A stretch of DNA of 64,000 nt from Eledone cirrhosa. Lineage: Eukaryota. The notes beneath the pieces were generated by a model. That model was not told the origin of the DNA. It searched no databases and was given only the letters and a program-made list of their open reading frames with translations. Position 1 is the stretch's first letter. Each line of letters opens with the position of its first letter. This document shows positions 26,217 through 39,378 of this stretch, piece by piece. Location: contig OZ024741.1 in NCBI GenBank assembly GCA_964016885.1, positions 292,702,001-292,766,000 of the forward strand. The letters run 5' to 3'. Made by a program: the position numbers and the translations under genes.

Positions 26217-28735
26217 TCATCATCATCATCGTTTCACATCTGTTCTTCCACGCTAACATGGGTTTGAGGGGTTGTCTTGTTGTGGACAGTGTCCAGTTGG
26301 GTGATCTTGACTTGCTCATACAGGAACGGATTCTGGCTTGATTTCTACCGCTGGATGCCATTCCTAACACCAACCTCATTTACAGTGAGTGCTGGGTGCT
26401 TTTTTCCGTGGCGCCTACACGTCCACTTTACAGTGTAGACTGAGTGCTTTTTTGCCACGGCGACTCTACGACCACTTTGCAGTGGGAGGGTGTGGGTGCA
26501 TATTTTCTATATACTTCAAATTCGGCTTGTTCCTGTTGGGGGAGGGGTCTTCTGTATTACTGTGTGACGCCAGAGGTCGCAGTCGTGTGTCATTGCTCTT
26601 GAGAGGTGCAATTGGGTAAGGTCGGCCTTTATCACCCTATCCCAGGTCTTCATAGGTCTCCCCACTCCGTGGCTTCCATCGACTTCTAGTGCTCTGCACC
26701 TTTTTATGCAGCTGTCATCCTTCATACGCATCACATGTCCATCCCAACGTAACCTCCTCGCTTGCACACAGCATTTGATTCCTCTGATGTTCAGTCTCTC
26801 TCTCAATTCACTTATACTTTGCCGTTCGTGTATATAACTATTACACATCCATCGGAGAATGCAGGCTCCGTTTCTTTCTAATCTGCTCAAGTATTTTACA
26901 GACAGCGCCCAGGTCTCACTACCATGTAACATTGATGTTCGTATACATGCATCATACAGTCTGCCTTTCATTTTGATGGAAAAGCCTTTTGAATCTAGCA
27001 ATGGCAGTAGCTCCCTGAACTTCTTACATCCCGTTCTGACCCTAGTTATTGTACTTTCTGAATACCCACCCCCGCTGCTATTTCGGTCACTTAGGTAGCA
27101 GAAGCTGTCTACTGTTTCTACAGAGCCCTCCCAGTGTTTGGTGGTGCTTCTTTCCGGTGGTCGTTTGCTGCTTGCTGTCCTAGCACAGCTGCTACATATG
27201 AAGCCTACATTCTTAGTTAAGCTTCCTGAGATCCCACTACATATCTTGTGTACCCATTGTTTGCATTTTGGGCAGAGGATGGAGTTCCTACCTACACCTT
27301 TCCTATATACTGAGCAAGGCCATTTCCCTGAGGGAATCTGGGTTCTTTTTTCTCGTCTACTTACAAGAACCTTAGTCTTTGTCAGGTTGATTTTGAGACT
27401 CTTTCTTTCTAGTCCCTGCTTCCATATTTGGAATTTCTTCTCTAGTTCCACCATGGATTCAGCTATAAGTGCGAGATCATCCGCTTACAGGAGTTCCTAT
27501 GGGCATCTGGTCTTAAACTGCTCCATTATTGCCTGCAAATCTATAATGAACAGAGCCCTGGTGGACACCGACCTGTATGCTAAATTCCTCGCTATATTCA
27601 TTCTAACTCTAACTTTGCTGACTGCTCTTCTATACATAGCTTACACAGCTTTCACAAGCCATTCATCTACTCCTAATTTTCTAAAAGCCCACCAGATTAT
27701 AACACGGGCGACTCTGTTGAAGGCTTTTTTCCAGATTGACGAATGCCAGGTAGAGCGGCTTACTTTTAGCTAGGTACTTTTCCTATAACTGCCTCACAAG
27801 GAAGAGGACATACATTTTCCTGGTACAACCCAAATTGCATCTCATCTAATTTACCCGGTCCCTAATCAACTGTGCTATAACTATTTCCGTTACTTTCATG
27901 ACCTGGTCCATCAGCTTTATACCTTTATAGTTTCCTCTATCTAGTGCATCACCTTTACCTTTGTAGCAGTTGACAATGATGCTGCAACACCAATCCTTTG
28001 GTATGACATCCTCTAGTATTACTTGGTTAACAATATATGTGGTTATGGTGTGACCTACCGACCCAGATGCTTTCAGCATCTCGGCAGCTATACCCGATGG
28101 ACTGGCTACCTTCCCTGTCTTCATTTCTTTGATTGCCTTACTTACTATGCTGCTGCTGACTTGCACTGCTGGCCCCTCTATAGGGTCCACATGGGGTAGG
28201 GTCTCTTTTTCCCATGCATTCACCTCGTTTAGTAATCTTTCATAGTGGCTCTTCCGCGCAGCTTTCTTCTCGGCACTTGTGAGGGCAAGTTTACCATTAT
28301 CATTCCGGATACACTTCTCTCCAATGACATCACAATTCGCTCTGACACACTGCCTCACAATCTTGAACACCACCTGTTTCTGGTCCTCACGTTGCAAAAC
28401 ATGATTGAATTTTCTATCCTCTGCTGCCCTTCTAGCTAAGTATACTTGTCGCCTAGCTTCCCTCCTGGTCTCTATGTAATGTACTCTGCTACCCCCTGCT
28501 ATCCTCGTTCCTTCCATTCTTTCCATGCCTGTCTCTTAGTCTTAACTGCCTCATCTACCTTATTGTTCCACCACCAAGTCACTCTCCTCCTCCCTGTGGA
28601 CTTGCTCCAACCACAGAACTCATCCGTCGCCTTTAGTAAGTTATTTTTTAGGAACTCCCAGTGCTCTTCTGTATTGAATGTCTATATCTGTTCTTCTTTA
28701 CTGTCATAGGTGTCGAGTAGAATATCTTTACACCT
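26217..28735 (-). mobile_element. RTE LINE family A, 2.5 kb, 5'-truncated and frameshifted
   Basis: MKTGKVASPSGI..YKGKGDALDRGNYKGIKL; ELL*ADDL; MLHGSETW; RRLRW; (GAT)n tail. Confidence 0.95.
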
Positions 28736-28813
28736 GTTACTGACTGAGGGGTCTTTCAGCTTCCAGATCTTTCTTCCCCAGGTTGCATTCTGGCAATGAA
28801 TATATGTATATAT

Positions 28814-28915
<102 letters not shown>

Positions 28916-29023
28916 TCATATATATATAACAAGTATAACAATATTTGTTTCGACACACGATTTCATATCAAAAACCTCGCAAAACTAATTCATCGCCATA
29001 TATATATATATATGACATATATG

Positions 29024-29270
29024 ACACACAAAAACAAGATGGCGTAGGACCGAACAAAGGAGAGGCACAAAGACAAAGAAAATAATCCCCAGTCACTGAA
29101 GAGGTCACAGAATGTGTGACGAAAGAACTTTGACAATATATGAACAACCCTCCGGTTGTGGAACCAAACAACCAACCGGATATTTATAAATTCTTAAATT
29201 TATAAATTTAATTTATAATAAATTGGAGTGAAAGCAACTGGTGCGTCTGTTTCTTATTGGCAACATGACC
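29024..29270 (+). mobile_element. Hammerhead-bearing cassette, copy 1
   Basis: Reverse-complement match to 32770-33013. Confidence 0.75.
29092..29134 (+). ncRNA. Type I hammerhead ribozyme
   Basis: gtca-CTGAAGA-g-GTCACA gaatg TGTGAC-GAAA-gaa-CTT-tgac. Confidence 0.75.
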
Positions 29271-29427
29271 CTCCCAAAGCATAACAATATATATATATTC
29301 ATATATATGTATATATTCATATATATATATATTCATATATATATATTCATATATATGTATATATGAATATATATATATATATATTCATATATATATATAT
29401 ATAAATTTATATATATATATATATATA

Positions 29428-29488
<61 letters not shown>

Positions 29489-29501
29489 TTATATATATAT
29501 A

Positions 29502-29588
<87 letters not shown>

Positions 29589-29601
29589 TTATATATATAT
29601 A

Positions 29602-29694
<93 letters not shown>

Positions 29695-29697
29695 ATA

Positions 29698-30548
<851 letters not shown>

Positions 30549-30554
30549 AAAAAA

Positions 30555-31125
30555 AGATGAAATCGAAAATGCAACTGGAGTCTTATTTTTAAAAAAATAT
30601 ATATATTTATTTGGTTCGTTTACCGGTTTCGCAGTTCTTCTGCTTTTCAAAAGTAGAGTTGAGATGGAGGGTCTGTGGTTTTTCTCACATCTGGTTGGTT
30701 TTTGAATGTTACTTGTTTTATATGGAAAAAAAATGGCTCGAAACGCCAGGTTTTTAGAAGAGTAATTTGATTGGTTGTATAATAAATTTCCGTCAGTTCG
30801 CATTACAAAGTTCTTCAAACAAGGTTGTTTTTTCATATATGAATGAAGTTGGGTTCGTTGATGCAGTCACGTGAATAAGCACATCAGTTTTCGCACCAGT
30901 TTGTTTGAATTTCTTTTTACTCAAGAAAAAGGGGCTCACGAAGGTTTTTTTTTTATAAATGTAATTTGATTGGTTATAAATGAAATTATGGCTGTCACGT
31001 GAACAAGTTCATTAAATTCGCGCCCGTATTTGGGAATTTGTTTTGTAGCCTTTTAGAGAATTTTATGACAAACAAAAGATAATGGTCAAGAGAAATGGGA
31101 TGGGAGAACTGTTCTGGTTCAGAAC
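30555..31125. repeat. Diverged relative of the 37400-37870 pLTR region with CCAAT/E-box/E2F-like motifs
   Basis: Shared tttaccggtt.cgca and repeated gattgg..gtcacgtgaa..ttcgcgcc modules. Confidence 0.55.
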
Positions 31126-31347
31126 ATATATATATATTCATATATATATTCATATATAATATATATTCATATATATATATATATATATATTCATAAACAT
31201 GTATGTATATATATATATATATAATGCAGCCTCGACAGATGAGTACTGCTTGATTATGGCTTATAGCTGATGAAACAAAGGCACCATAGTAAAAACAAAT
31301 ATATGGAACATTATATTATGTAACATTATTTTAATTTACATTCCTTT

Positions 31348-31472
31348 GAGTTCCGATGAGCCACTCTGTTTTTTTAAATATGTTAATTATTTTCAACTGA
31401 ACCAGATCAATTATGAGACATAGTCATCTGATCCAGAAATATTATACGGAGTAGCGAAACAATTGTAAACGG
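31348..31472 (+). ncRNA. Type I hammerhead candidate, variant core CCGAUGA, ~75-nt stem II insert
   Basis: gtt-CCGATGA-gccactctgt..acggagtagc-GAAA-CAATTG-TA-aac. Confidence 0.55.
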
Positions 31473-31600
31473 GCATTATTATTATTAATATTATTATTAT
31501 TATCATTCTCTACATTCCTTACATCAAACTAAATATGTTGACAATCTTTTAATAATGTCTTCCTTGTAAAATTTGTGGTCTTGTTTTGCTTAACTAATGA

Positions 31601-31639
<39 letters not shown>

Positions 31640-31662
31640 AATATATATATATATATTTAAGA

Positions 31663-31694
<32 letters not shown>

Positions 31695-31721
31695 TTATGT
31701 ATATATATATATATATAGTTA

Positions 31722-31793
<72 letters not shown>

Positions 31794-31829
31794 TAAATAT
31801 ATATATATTCATAACTATATATATATATA

Positions 31830-31924
31830 GGAACAAGTAGGACCCCGACGGCTGAGCTTAAGCCGTTTCGACGGCAAATTCTGGACTAAAAAAAGGTCCA
31901 CCTGGTTCCTTACCACATTTCCTT

Positions 31925-31928
<4 letters not shown>
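31830..31928 (-). repeat. Truncated copy of the 35375 cassette (hammerhead 3' half only)
   Basis: gtaggaccccgacggctgagct.aagccgtttcgacggc shared with 35381-35418. Confidence 0.75.
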
Positions 31929-32015
<87 letters not shown>

Positions 32016-32160
32016 TAACTATATATATATATATACATAAATATATATATATATATGTATATATTCTTAAATATATATATATATATTTATTAATATATAT
32101 ATATATATATATATATTCATAAATATATATATATATTAATAAATATATATATATATATTA

Positions 32161-32199
<39 letters not shown>

Positions 32200-32410
32200 T
32201 GAATATATATATATATATATCAATAAATATATATATATATATATTCATAAATATATATATATATATCAATAAATATATATATATATATATTCATAAATAT
32301 ATATATATATATTAATAAATATATATATATATTCATAAATATATATATATATATTAATAAATATATATATATATATATATTAATGAATAAATATATATAT
32401 ATTTATATTA

Positions 32411-32441
<31 letters not shown>

Positions 32442-32482
32442 CGATATTAAACAAATGGAAACTATATTTATAAAACCATATT

Positions 32483-32548
32483 TATTTCATTATACATATT
32501 TCGGGGATACCATATTAAAAATATGGCATGCCTTCTTCAGATAAAATA
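32483..32548 (-). ncRNA. Type I hammerhead ribozyme (same family as 25552)
   Basis: tattttat-CTGAAGA-agg.atgccatatt..aatatggtat.cc-GAAA-TATGTA-TA-atgaaata. Confidence 0.72.
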
Positions 32549-32638
32549 CAATATATAAACAGTTTTATAAATAATTTTGACGTACCATAAATATTGATCA
32601 ACTTTTATGTAAGAAGTTGGTTTGGTAAATAAAACTTT

Positions 32639-32701
<63 letters not shown>

Positions 32702-32769
32702 AATATTTCGTTTCTGAATTTGTTTAGCAAGATTCCTTATCTGAAAACGTGTGTTGAATTGGAGTGAAA

Positions 32770-33013
32770 GTCATGTTGCCAATAAGAAACACACGCACCA
32801 GTTGCTTTCACTCCAATTTATCATAAATTAAATTCATAAATTTAAGAATTTATAAATTTCCGGTTGGTTGGTTGGTTCCATAACCGGACGGTTATTCATA
32901 TATTGTAAAAGTTCTTTCGTCACACATTATGTGACCTCTTCAGTGACTGGGGATTATTTTCTTTGTTTTGTGCCTTTCCTTTGTTCTGTCCTACGCCATC
33001 TTGTTTTTGTGTG
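32770..33013 (-). mobile_element. Hammerhead-bearing cassette, copy 2 (ribozyme at 32905-32947)
   Basis: gtca-CTGAAGA-g-gtcaca..tgtgac-GAAA-gaactt-ttac; inverted relative to 29024-29270. Confidence 0.75.
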
Positions 33014-33482
33014 TTGTGTGGTTAGTTTGCGCATGTGTTACAACCGGGTGTAATATTATATATATATATATATATATAATATATATATAAATATACATAG
33101 TATAGTATGACTGTTGAATACATATAGTATAGTATTACTGTTGAAAATATGTGCACGAATATATATATATATATATATATATAATTCATTAAAAGTTGAT
33201 TAGAAGTGAAGTCAATGCAGACAGGTAGACATACAGACAAATATAAGGGTGCGATGTTATAGCTATGTATCTATCTAAAAAGACAGAGTAAGAAAGAGAG
33301 AGGAATGTCGTATTATATATATTATATATAATAAAGAACCAGTAATGTACTGGGATAATTGCTGGACTTGTGCCAAAAGTTGAAGCAATTATACTTCTTT
33401 TTTATACAACTGTAAATAACATGTATAAAGGAATGCTGTAATAAAATGTACAAATTAAACTGTCTCTTATTTATGATACTAA

Positions 33483-33548
<66 letters not shown>

Positions 33549-33579
33549 TATATATATATATGTGCATATATACACACAC

Positions 33580-33927
33580 ACAGATAACGAAGTCAATGTA
33601 CAGAATGGTTTTCGTAATGCAGACAGCCAGACATACAGACATGTATTATAAAGGCGCGACGTGAATAGCTATGTATCTATCTAAAAAGACAGACTAAGAA
33701 AGAGAGAGATCGCTAACCGGAAGTATTGACATTTGAAAACTTTAAAGAAGTGAATATTTAAATAAACAATAAAATAACTTTAAACTTTTAACCAAATTTA
33801 GTAGACAAAAATACCATCACTGTATTACTTGGAAAAAGGTACATCTATGGTGCAAATTTGGTGCTTTTTGGTCCAGCCGTTTGGCAAAAAGTTTGTTACA
33901 TACATACGGCCGTCAGCTTTATAATAT
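33580..33927 (-). mobile_element. Partial tandem copy of a Helitron 5' end
   Basis: Colinear with ~35000-35322; shorter related piece at 33205-33310. Confidence 0.7.
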
Positions 33928-33928
33928 A

Positions 33929-35320
33929 CTAACTGGCCTGTCCGGCTGGCGCCGGCTAGGTATACCGGCATTTTATCTTTTCAGCAATCCCCCCTACACC
34001 CCAGTGCAAAGATACCGCACGGCCTCTCAAGTCAGCGAGAGGAGGGGGGCGGGTTAACATGCTTTGATGTTGGGTTGGAATAGTTTTTAAGATTCCCCAG
34101 TTCAGCAGCCAGTACGTTAAAGAAAATTGATAGTTACAACAATAAAGGCTAAACAGAGAACACATTTTTTAACAAACAATAATTTGTACAACCATAATGG
34201 AAATTCCAAGTAACAGAAAATATTTAGAGCCTCAGAGTATGCTATATTTTTTGTTCGGCCCTCCGAAGCAAAGATGAAGAGATTGTTTGGCGAACTCACC
34301 CTAGAGCATCCTACATACAATTGACCATGGGAGAATCACTGATTTCGTAGCTCGTCTCGCGGAGAAGCTCTGTAGACGTTGACATCTGGACACTCCTGTC
34401 AGGAGCAGGTAAGCTGTTGTGACTTAGAGGCCTACCACAAATCTCCAGGACACTGTTTTCAGGACAAATGAGCGCCTCATTGAAAACTACATCATATGTT
34501 ATGTTTGGATTGTGTCTGTGTGTGCGGTGGAGGATGTCCTCAGCTAGACTTTCACGGTGGTTGTTCCACAGTTCGAGAGGGTCGGTGAGATCGCAGTTGT
34601 GCAGCACAATAGCAAAAGTTTTCGCCGTTGAGAAGGGACTTTAGCAGTTGCTGCTTCTTGCAGGGTGAGGTGCCAATGGCTGTCATCGTGTAATATACCA
34701 CGCATCTGGCAAGCCAAACGGTAAGTGGAACATTGATAAACATTGATGGTTCTCAGATCTTGCAAAAACTGTAGTCCTCTAACCTCGAACAGTAACAATG
34801 AGATAAGCCACCTGTGCTTTCATGAAATAAATAGGTTTTTATTTTTGTGTATGGAAAAATATCTGTACAAGGATATATATATTAAAATAACAGATTAAAA
34901 TTTAAGCAAAGAATCGCTGCTTTCACCCTTAACGGGATCTTCTGAAACTAAAAAAATCCGTCTGAGAACGCAGCAGTAAATATTTCGAAAAACGTTATCT
35001 AATGCAGACAGACAGACAGACATACAGATACATATTATAAGGGCGCTACGTTATAGCTATGTATCTATCTAAAAAGACAGACTAAGAAAAAGAGGGAATG
35101 TTGTCGACCTCATGAGAAAAAGTGAGGAAGTGTTGATATTTGAAATGTTAAAGAAGTGAATATTTAAATAATGTCTTTAATCTTTTAACAAAATTCAGTA
35201 GACAAAAATACCCTCACGTTTTTACTTGGAAAAAGTTACATCTATGATGCAAATTTGGTGCTGGTTTGTCCAGCCGTTTGGCAGAAAGTTTGTTACCTAC
35301 ATACGGCCGTCAGCTTTATA

Positions 35321-35325
<5 letters not shown>
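33929..35325 (-). mobile_element. Internally deleted Helitron carrying a Rep/helicase fragment
   Basis: 3' hairpin ccggcgccagccgg then TTAG|T; coding remnant inside. Confidence 0.8.
34311..34800 (-). pseudogene. Helitron Rep-PIF1 helicase linker fragment
   Basis: LL.EVRG..F.DLRTIN..TYR.AC..RGIL.DD.HW..TL.EAA..PSQ.R.L / DP.ELWN.HRESL.ED pattern with one frameshift. Confidence 0.88.
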
Positions 35326-35372
<47 letters not shown>

Positions 35373-35375
<3 letters not shown>

Positions 35376-35932
35376 AACGAGTAGGACCCCGACGGCTGAG
35401 CTCAAGCCGTTTCGACGGCTAATTCTGGACTAAATGAAAATGTTTATCCTGGTACATGAATAGCCGAGCTTCTCAGGGGGTAATTCCATATATGGTAAAA
35501 GTGATTGTCACAAGCATTGGTCAAAAGTTTGTTGTTGAGACACATAATTCTATCATGGCAATTTGTGGAAGGAAGGGGTAGCTGAACCTGCCAGTAGAAG
35601 AAAGAGGGAGGGGAGGAAACCCACTCATGCGTTGATAGTGCCAACCACAGCAGGGTCCTAGGGGCAGGAGGTGAAGAAAGTATACTAGGGAGAGGGAGGA
35701 GGAAGAAGTAGAAACAGTAAGTAAATCAATATGGAGTAAATATATAGAAGAATAATAAGAATGTTAAAAATATAAAAAAACAATTTCTGGTTACTATTCC
35801 CTTACCACCATCATCAAGTCTCTCACTGGTACTGCTAAACTATAGAGAAGTTTACTAGGTGTGTTGGAATTGTAGTGAGAGAATTTTATGAGTTAGTAGT
35901 AATCAACCGAATCTATCTTACAGTGACGGGTC

Positions 35933-35936
<4 letters not shown>
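35373..35936 (-). mobile_element. pLTR/retrozyme-like cassette between (TA)n tracts
   Basis: Hammerhead at 35386-35481 and a second degenerate core at ~35780-35817 (TTGATGA-tggt..acca-GAAA). Confidence 0.6.
35386..35481 (-). ncRNA. Type I hammerhead with a full stem III, core mutated (CUGAGAA)
   Basis: acccc-CTGAGAA-..cggctattc..gaattagccg..-GAAA-CGGCT tgagctc AGCCG-TC-ggggt. Confidence 0.65.
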
Positions 35937-35978
<42 letters not shown>

Positions 35979-35995
35979 TATATATATTCATATAT

Positions 35996-37265
35996 CATCA
36001 TCATCATTTTACGTCCGCTTTTCCCTGCTTGCAAGGGTGGGACGTGTACTATTCAGCACAGCATCTCTCCACTTGTCTCGGCCCTTCGTCATCTCCACCA
36101 TGAGCTTCAGCGATCTGAGGTCTGCTCTCACCACCTTCGCCCATGTTTTTCCTGGTCTACCTCTACTACGTCTTCCTTCAGCTGGCATTTCTTGGCACTT
36201 CTTCACCCATCGGTCATCCTCCATACGCATCACATGTCCATACCATCGCAGTCTCCTCTCTCGCACACTACAATCTATCCCTCTCAGACACAGTTTCTCT
36301 CTCAACACATACATCCTCGGTCGTTCACGCACATTGACATTGCACATCCAACATGTTTTCCTCATTTGTCTCTCGCCGTCGCATATCCTCTGCAGTTACT
36401 GCCCATGTCTCACTACCATGCAGCACCGCACACGACACACAGGCATCATATAACCGGCCTTTCATACGCAGGGAGAAACCCTTGTTCGTCAGCAGAGGAA
36501 GCAGCTCCCTAAACTTCTTACTTCTTCCAACCTGTCCTTATTCTAGATACTATGGCATCGGACCCCCCCCCCCTCTTATACTAATCTGATCACCAAGGTA
36601 CCAGAAGCTATCAACGACTTTTATAGCACCCACCTGCATTTGAAAAGTGTGTCTATCAATGCGACTTCTACTGTCAAATTTCCCTATACATCTACTACAT
36701 ACGTAGTTTTCCCTACCTGTTACTTTGCCTTCTATCCCACTACATCTCTTGTGTACCCAAGATCTGCATTGTGTGCATTTTATAGAATTTATGCCAGTTC
36801 TTCTTCTGCATATCGAACATGGCCATTTCCTTGATTGAATCAGAGTTTTGTCCTCTTTTCTACTTATCAATACTTTTGTCTTAACTAGGTTCACTCTCAG
36901 TCCTCTTGATTTCAACTCCTGTTTCCATAGCCAGAATTTATTCTCTAGCTTCTCTACTGATTCTGCAATAAGAACCAGATCGTCAGCATAGAGAAATTCC
37001 CATGGACAGCCAGTTTTAAACTCCTCTGTTATGGCTTGGAGGACTATAATTAACAAGAGGGGGCTGAGGACTGAACACTGATGTACTCCTACTTGTATCT
37101 GGAATTCCTCACTAAACTCCATTCCTATCCTCACTTTACTGACAGCACCTCTGTACATAGCTTGCACTGTCCTCACAAGCCATTCCTCAACACCTAGTTT
37201 CCTTAGGGACCACCAGATGACAGATCGGGGTACTCTATCAAAGGCCTTCACTAGGTCAACAAAAG

Positions 37266-37268
<3 letters not shown>
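35996..37268 (-). mobile_element. RTE LINE family B, 5'-truncated
   Basis: FVDLVKAFDRVPR..GVHQCSVLSPLL..LYADDLVL; RRLRWYGHV; (GAT)n tail directly after the ORF. Confidence 0.95.
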
Positions 37269-37357
<89 letters not shown>

Positions 37358-37384
37358 AGAGGTGTGACACACGAGTTATGATAT

Positions 37385-38720
37385 ATTAGTAAAAAGGAAA
37401 AGAAAATGCTGACAAATTTTTCCCAGTGAAAAATAGTTTAATTAGGAATAAGTAAAAATTAGTAATAAGTATTAGTTTGTATTCAGTTTTAGTTTTACGT
37501 TTTTACCGGTTGCGCATTTCTAATGCTTTTCAAAAATAATTTTGACATAGAGCGCTCGTGATGTTTGCTCTAATCTGATCAGTTTTGGAAATTCTTCCTG
37601 TTTTATGTGAAAAAAGTGGCTCCAGAGGTATTAAGATTTGGTTGGATGTTGAATGTCACGTGAATAAGTACTATAAATTTCGCGCCAATTCGTGTTGCAA
37701 AAATTCTTATAGTCAAAACAATTTTGATTGGTCGATAGAGGTCACGTGAATGTTAAAAATTGATTTTAGCGCGAACTGGTTTGGCGCCAAATTTAGGTTT
37801 GTCGAAGAGTGTCCTTTTTTGCTTGATTCAGTTGCAGTCATGTTGAGAAGTCACTGAAAAACATGTCTATTAAGACAAATATGTGTGTGTGTGTGTGTGT
37901 GTAGCAGAGTCGTTCGTAGTAGAGGTAATGAATCGGTCAGTAGGAATGTGTGTGGGAGGTATTTTAACATGTTGAAACATATTTTTCAGCTCTTGTCTTA
38001 TACGCAGAAGTGTGTGTGTGTCTGTTTTTATGTTAGTGTACGCGTGTGTATGTGTGTGTGTGTGTATATATATATGTGTGTGTGTGTGGATGGACCAGTA
38101 TTTTTGTGATACTGGTAAAAATGGTGTACATTATTCGATATTTTCAGTCATTTGCAAAAACGATCCTCTCAAAAGAACATCAAAAACATCAATAATAAAA
38201 GAGGTGGAATGATGTATAGTATTGTCATAACAACAAGGTGTGTGTGAGTCCAGATTGTACGTACTGCAAGGGGAATACATTAGGCCCTGCCGTATGGGAT
38301 ACTTGTGTACAAATATGTGTGTGCCCATCAATGTGCAATACATGTGTGCGTATGTGTGTGTGTGTGTGTCGGCACGTTTATATCTATAAACATTAAAAGG
38401 TATGCAAATTTGGGTATATTTGTGTTGCACCATAGGACATGTGTGTTTACGTATGTCATTGTGTTTATATGTGGATAGAAATGTATGTAGGATGTATGCT
38501 GATGTAGGTATGTATGTTGACGTATGTATGTTGTGGGTTCGTCTTAGGGAGAACTGTTTAGACGGGGTCCGTATTTGTTAATAAAGTGAGATTCCTTGCT
38601 GATGCGCTGGGTGTGGGTGGCATTATCTTTAAATTTGTAGAGGGGAAATATTCTAAAGTTGGGATGATTTGGGGCGCCACAGGTATCAATGTGTTCACTC
38701 AGTGGTAATTTTTCAGCATA
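37385..38720 (-). mobile_element. Second Penelope-like family: 3' end of ORF plus 3' region/pLTR
   Basis: GIY-YIG C-terminus at 38544-38720 followed by ~1.1 kb whose distal part recurs at 16461 and 30555. Confidence 0.7.
38544..38720 (-). pseudogene. C-terminus of a Penelope GIY-YIG endonuclease (not in the ORF track)
   Basis: Manual translation PLSEHIDTCGAPNHPNFRIFPLYKFKDNATHTQRISKESHFINKYGPRLNSSP*; H..R..KE..FI..Y.P.LN pattern. Confidence 0.8.
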
Positions 38721-38721
38721 C

Positions 38722-39378
38722 TTATAACGTCGCGCCCTTATAATATCTGTCTGTCTGCATTACGTCACTTCCATGAGGATGTCTGTGTCTGTGTGTGTGT
38801 GTGTGAGTTTGAATCCCTAAAACTCGAGAAGTACTCAACCGATTTTTTTCAAACTTTACATGTGTATTACTTATGTTTCAGGGAGTGTTATGCACATAAA
38901 ATTCAACTTTTTGTATCTCCTAGGGCCCGCATTAGGTGAAAAACTGCGTTGTTTAAAATTTATAGGGTTTTTTGGAGTCGTTACGTCAGACCGATTTCCT
39001 TGAAATTGTAACTATATATTAGTCAGTCTCTTCTTCATACCGTAAGCAAAGAAAACTTTCTTATGGCCTAGGGCCCGCATTAGGTGAAACACTTCATTTT
39101 TTCAGCTTTTAGGGCTTCTTGGAGTCTAGCCGATTTTCCCGAAATTTCAAGGCATATTATGCACATAAAAAAATTCATTTTCTTGATCCCCTAGCGCCCG
39201 CATTAGGTGAAAACCTGCATTTTTCCTGCTTCATCGAGGACAATCTTAAAGATTATCCAGCCATCAGAGTATTCGGTTTATTTTCTTTACATATTGTCCA
39301 GGCATGCAGTTTTTAGGTCTATTGGCGGTCCGCGTTCCAAAATACCTTATCCCGTGCAACGCCGGGTACCACTGCTAG
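38722..39378 (+). mobile_element. Non-autonomous Helitron, same family as 20194-21669
   Basis: cccgtgcaacgccggg hairpin plus CTAG|T at 39375-39379; colinear with the reverse complement of 20194-20560. Confidence 0.88.

Noticed and set aside
30612-30635. GAAACCGGTA on the - strand (GCAACCGGTA in relatives at 16523 and 37504) as a hammerhead 3' half
   Set aside because: No CUGANGA core or stem I partner found upstream
32100-32420. Regularly spaced ATAAAT units resembling a CRISPR-like array
   Set aside because: The spacers are only variable-length (TA)n; this is a compound microsatellite in eukaryotic DNA
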